Origin: Wallemia ichthyophaga EXF-994
Taxonomy: Eukaryota; Fungi; Basidiomycota
Assembly (NCBI RefSeq): GCF_000400465.1
Contig: NW_008806295.1
Location: forward strand, 120,001-152,000
DNA length: 32,000 bases
Direction: 5' to 3'
Shown here: one piece after another, positions 29,266 to 32,000 of the stretch
Layout of the letters: each line of letters begins with the position of its first letter
Numbering within the stretch: the stretch's first letter is position 1
Translations under genes and position numbers: made by a program
The notes under the pieces: generated by a model
Seen by the model: only the letters and a program-made list of their open reading frames with translations
What the model was told of the DNA's origin: nothing
Database searches by the model: none

Positions 29266-31828
29266 CTACCACGTCTCAAAGTATGGATTACCTCCTTTGA
29301 CAGTCTCCAAACGCTCGACAATTACCTTGCGAGTCTTGTATGGTGCTGGTGGCATCCTATGGCTGTTTGTGCGGTTGTAATGAGACGATGCGGCAGTATC
29401 TACCGAAAGTCTGCCAGGTCGCTGCTCCGATCTGTCATTACCAGATGCGTACGTTTTGAGCCATTCCTCGGCATTGCGTGCAGTACCGACATCTGCATCA
29501 TCTCGCTCTACATTCACATTATTCACTTGCGTGTGATCCTGCTCGTTTGCGAGTTGGTGCATTGAGTGCTCCACTGCATCCAGTTGATCCATGTGTTGCA
29601 AAACGTCTACTCCAGATGCCGCTTCAAGACTCTTGGCATATATACTGGCTGACCTCTGTCTCGAAAATGGTACTGGACGGCTGTTTACACTCGATTGAGC
29701 TGGTGAATGTGGTGGTGTGATTGATGCTGAATGCGACTTGTCAAAGCTAGTCCGCACTCCACCATCCATTGACTTGGATTTTCTGCTGCTGTACTCATTG
29801 TGTCCAGGCAGTGACTTTATTTCATCATCATCATCGTCACCCTCCTCATCCTCCTCATGCTCATCCTCGGTATAGCTGTACCTCCTCTCAGTAATATCTT
29901 GCTCCTCCACTTCTTGATTGTCTGCGACGTCTATAATGTCATCCCATACTAGCACTTTCACTCTTCTGCATAACTCCAATGGACCTTCGTCGGCATGTCT
30001 GAGACTCTGCACAATGTTCCACCCTTGTCCTTTCACTATGGCCATCTGTCGGGCGAACATTCCTTCGTTGAAATCAGGATCCACTTCAAATACTTCCCTC
30101 AAAGCTTGCGTCGTCTCTGCCCACCACTTTGGATCACTCAACAGCGGTAAAAAGTGTCGCCTTGTTGATGCTGAGAATGGCTGTCCAATTAATGATACTG
30201 GAAGGAATAACCATCCATAGGTATAGGATCTCCATCCTTTCGGATGCTGATGTGGAAAACTCAACGAATTGTCGATAGCTGCTATACGAATACGTGGTCT
30301 GTTCTCCGGTATTGATTGCTTTGACTGTGAAAACGATGGTGTTGGTGCTCTTGGTATGTTTAATATCGATTGCTTGGCATCGAACTGATTATCGTCGTAA
30401 AATAATGATTCTTGAGGATTGCTCTGCTGATCCGGCACGTATGAAGTACTTTGTTGATTGCTTGTGAGAGGCGTTGATGGTCCTGACATCGAAGACACGT
30501 CGGGTACGAATGGTTCGGCGTTGCGTGTTGGTGGTCTATTAATAATTCCATTTATATTTGAATTGCGGTTGAGGGTTTGTCCTGGATCAAACTGTATCAT
30601 CTAGAGTGCGTGTTAGTTGAAGAAGCGAGAGCATAGCCTAAACGCACAAAATTGTCAAGTCCTCTGTCAGTGTTGCGCATGAGGTAGTCTAAAATGACGA
30701 GTTTCTCTAATTCTTCTCTAAAGCTCTGTTGGAGTTCAGGCGTCCAGCTAAATGGTCTGTCAGTGTAGCTAGCACGTGGCTGTCTCGTTGAGAAGTAATC
30801 ATCGTCATCATCGTCCAACTGAGCATGAACCTGCCATTCAGCATCAGCGTCTACGTCGTAGTCGAAAAGATCATCGTTATCGCCTTCTCTCCTACCACAC
30901 ATGACTTGTAGTGGCTGGCATCTCCAAAAATTGTGTGAACGCTTCTTCCTATTAGCTGCGAATGCGTCTGCGGAAGATCGACCGGGAAATGGATGTTCGG
31001 CGAGGAAGTTGGACGCGTCTCTAAATCCATGCATGAAAGTTTGTAGACTACCGATCTTGTCGGGTAGATGTCTGCCTTTCTTATGCCAAGCACGTCTGTC
31101 AGCCCACTCGTAGAAGAAGGAAGGGGAGGCAAGGTCGACTAATCCAGTGCGTGGTACGATGCCCAGTTCAAGTCTATCGTCCAGTACGGAAGCAGCAGCT
31201 TCGGATATATAAGATAAATTGGGAATCAAGCAACTTCTACCAAAACCGATCCACCAGAAGAAATTCCTATGAGCCCATTTCGTCCATTTTGGGTTTAGTT
31301 GACCGTATGGCTGAGACAATGTTAGTATTGTGTCATAATGAGTTGATATGAACGCACCTCTTCGTCTTTTGGTTTAAATACGCCTATAACTTCGACGTCA
31401 TTGCTATTAAGCTTGCCTCTAACGAAATAACTTCCACTAGAGCCTTTGACGATCATTTTTGGGTGTAGCCCATCGTCAATGGCGTTTCTGACGCGCTTGA
31501 CGAGCTTGTCGTATTCAGAGCGCGGAGGGAGAGTAGGAGGAACGTAGCTGCTATCGGAGGGGATTGGGGTGAATACGCTGGATAAGATTGGGATTGGAGG
31601 ACTGTGCTGTCTCCTCGACTTCCTTGGCCGGCTTCTGAGATTGACCTTGTCGGAAATAGAAGAAGACCACGATTTGAGTGCAGTGTCCAAGCCATTGAGA
31701 TCTATATTGAAGTTCTATTGGCCGTTAGACGTGCTTGCATTTCAGAAACCACCAACCTTGGTCGATCGCTGTGGCCTCGTTGACGATCCAGGCTCATCGA
31801 TTGATTGCCGTAAAGGAGCATAGCTCAT
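29266..31828 (-). CDS. LSB6: Type II phosphatidylinositol 4-kinase, about 808 aa
   Basis: [69 protein letters not shown] and IAAIDNSLSFP. The true ATG is at 31828 (the ORF-track start 31690 is TTG). Introns at 31756-31715, 31357-31311 and 30647-30601. The spliced length is 2427 nt. Confidence 0.96.
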
Positions 31829-32000
31829 TTCTGATTAGATTTATTTATCGCCTTGAACACGGTGGTAATTGACAACAGCCGCCACGCAATCAATTGAGAA
31901 GGTAAACAAATTTCAGTAATCGCAACAATATCCATAATAATCTGTATCATTGACTCATTCTCATTCCCGGTTATTTACGCATTCCCACTCGTCTGGAGCT

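Noticed and set aside
1-32000. Transposons, CRISPR arrays, rDNA, telomeric repeats
   Set aside because: I saw no transposase or RT motifs, terminal repeats, spacer arrays, rRNA motifs or TTAGGG arrays. Nearly all sequence is explained by host genes.

Overview
This is eukaryotic, intron-rich and extremely gene-dense fungal DNA. I could reconstruct 16 protein-coding genes, containing about 41 GT-AG introns of 42-65 nt. Gaps between neighbouring start/stop codons are often under 200 bp. The protein sequences and the compaction suggest a compact-genome basidiomycete, possibly Wallemia-like (inference only). Gene order: F-box/LRR protein (-, runs off the left edge); GCN2 eIF2-alpha kinase (-); AN1 zinc-finger protein ending in a CaaX-type motif (+); EAF7 (-); wax-synthase-like MBOAT (-); GDA1 (+); NIPA-type transporter (+); VPS33 (+); lipin PAH1 (-); DUF6533-type multi-pass membrane protein (-); phenol 2-monooxygenase (+); Sensor-like membrane protein (-); BET2 (-); TRM8 (+); cytosolic gamma-glutamyltransferase-like Ntn hydrolase (+); type II PI4-kinase LSB6 (-). 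I found no rRNA, intact tRNA, CRISPR array or transposon. The strongest unusual signals are architectural: head-to-head start codons only 8 bp apart (BET2/TRM8) and 39 bp apart (GCN2/AN1); a 32-bp stop-to-start gap (NIPA/VPS33); a predicted 2-nt micro-exon next to an exon that is open in two frames; a stopless in-frame intron beside the lipin catalytic motif; and a GC-rich patch covering only part of the GGT-like gene. All gene models are hand-built from sequence and recalled family motifs. No database search or RNA evidence was available.
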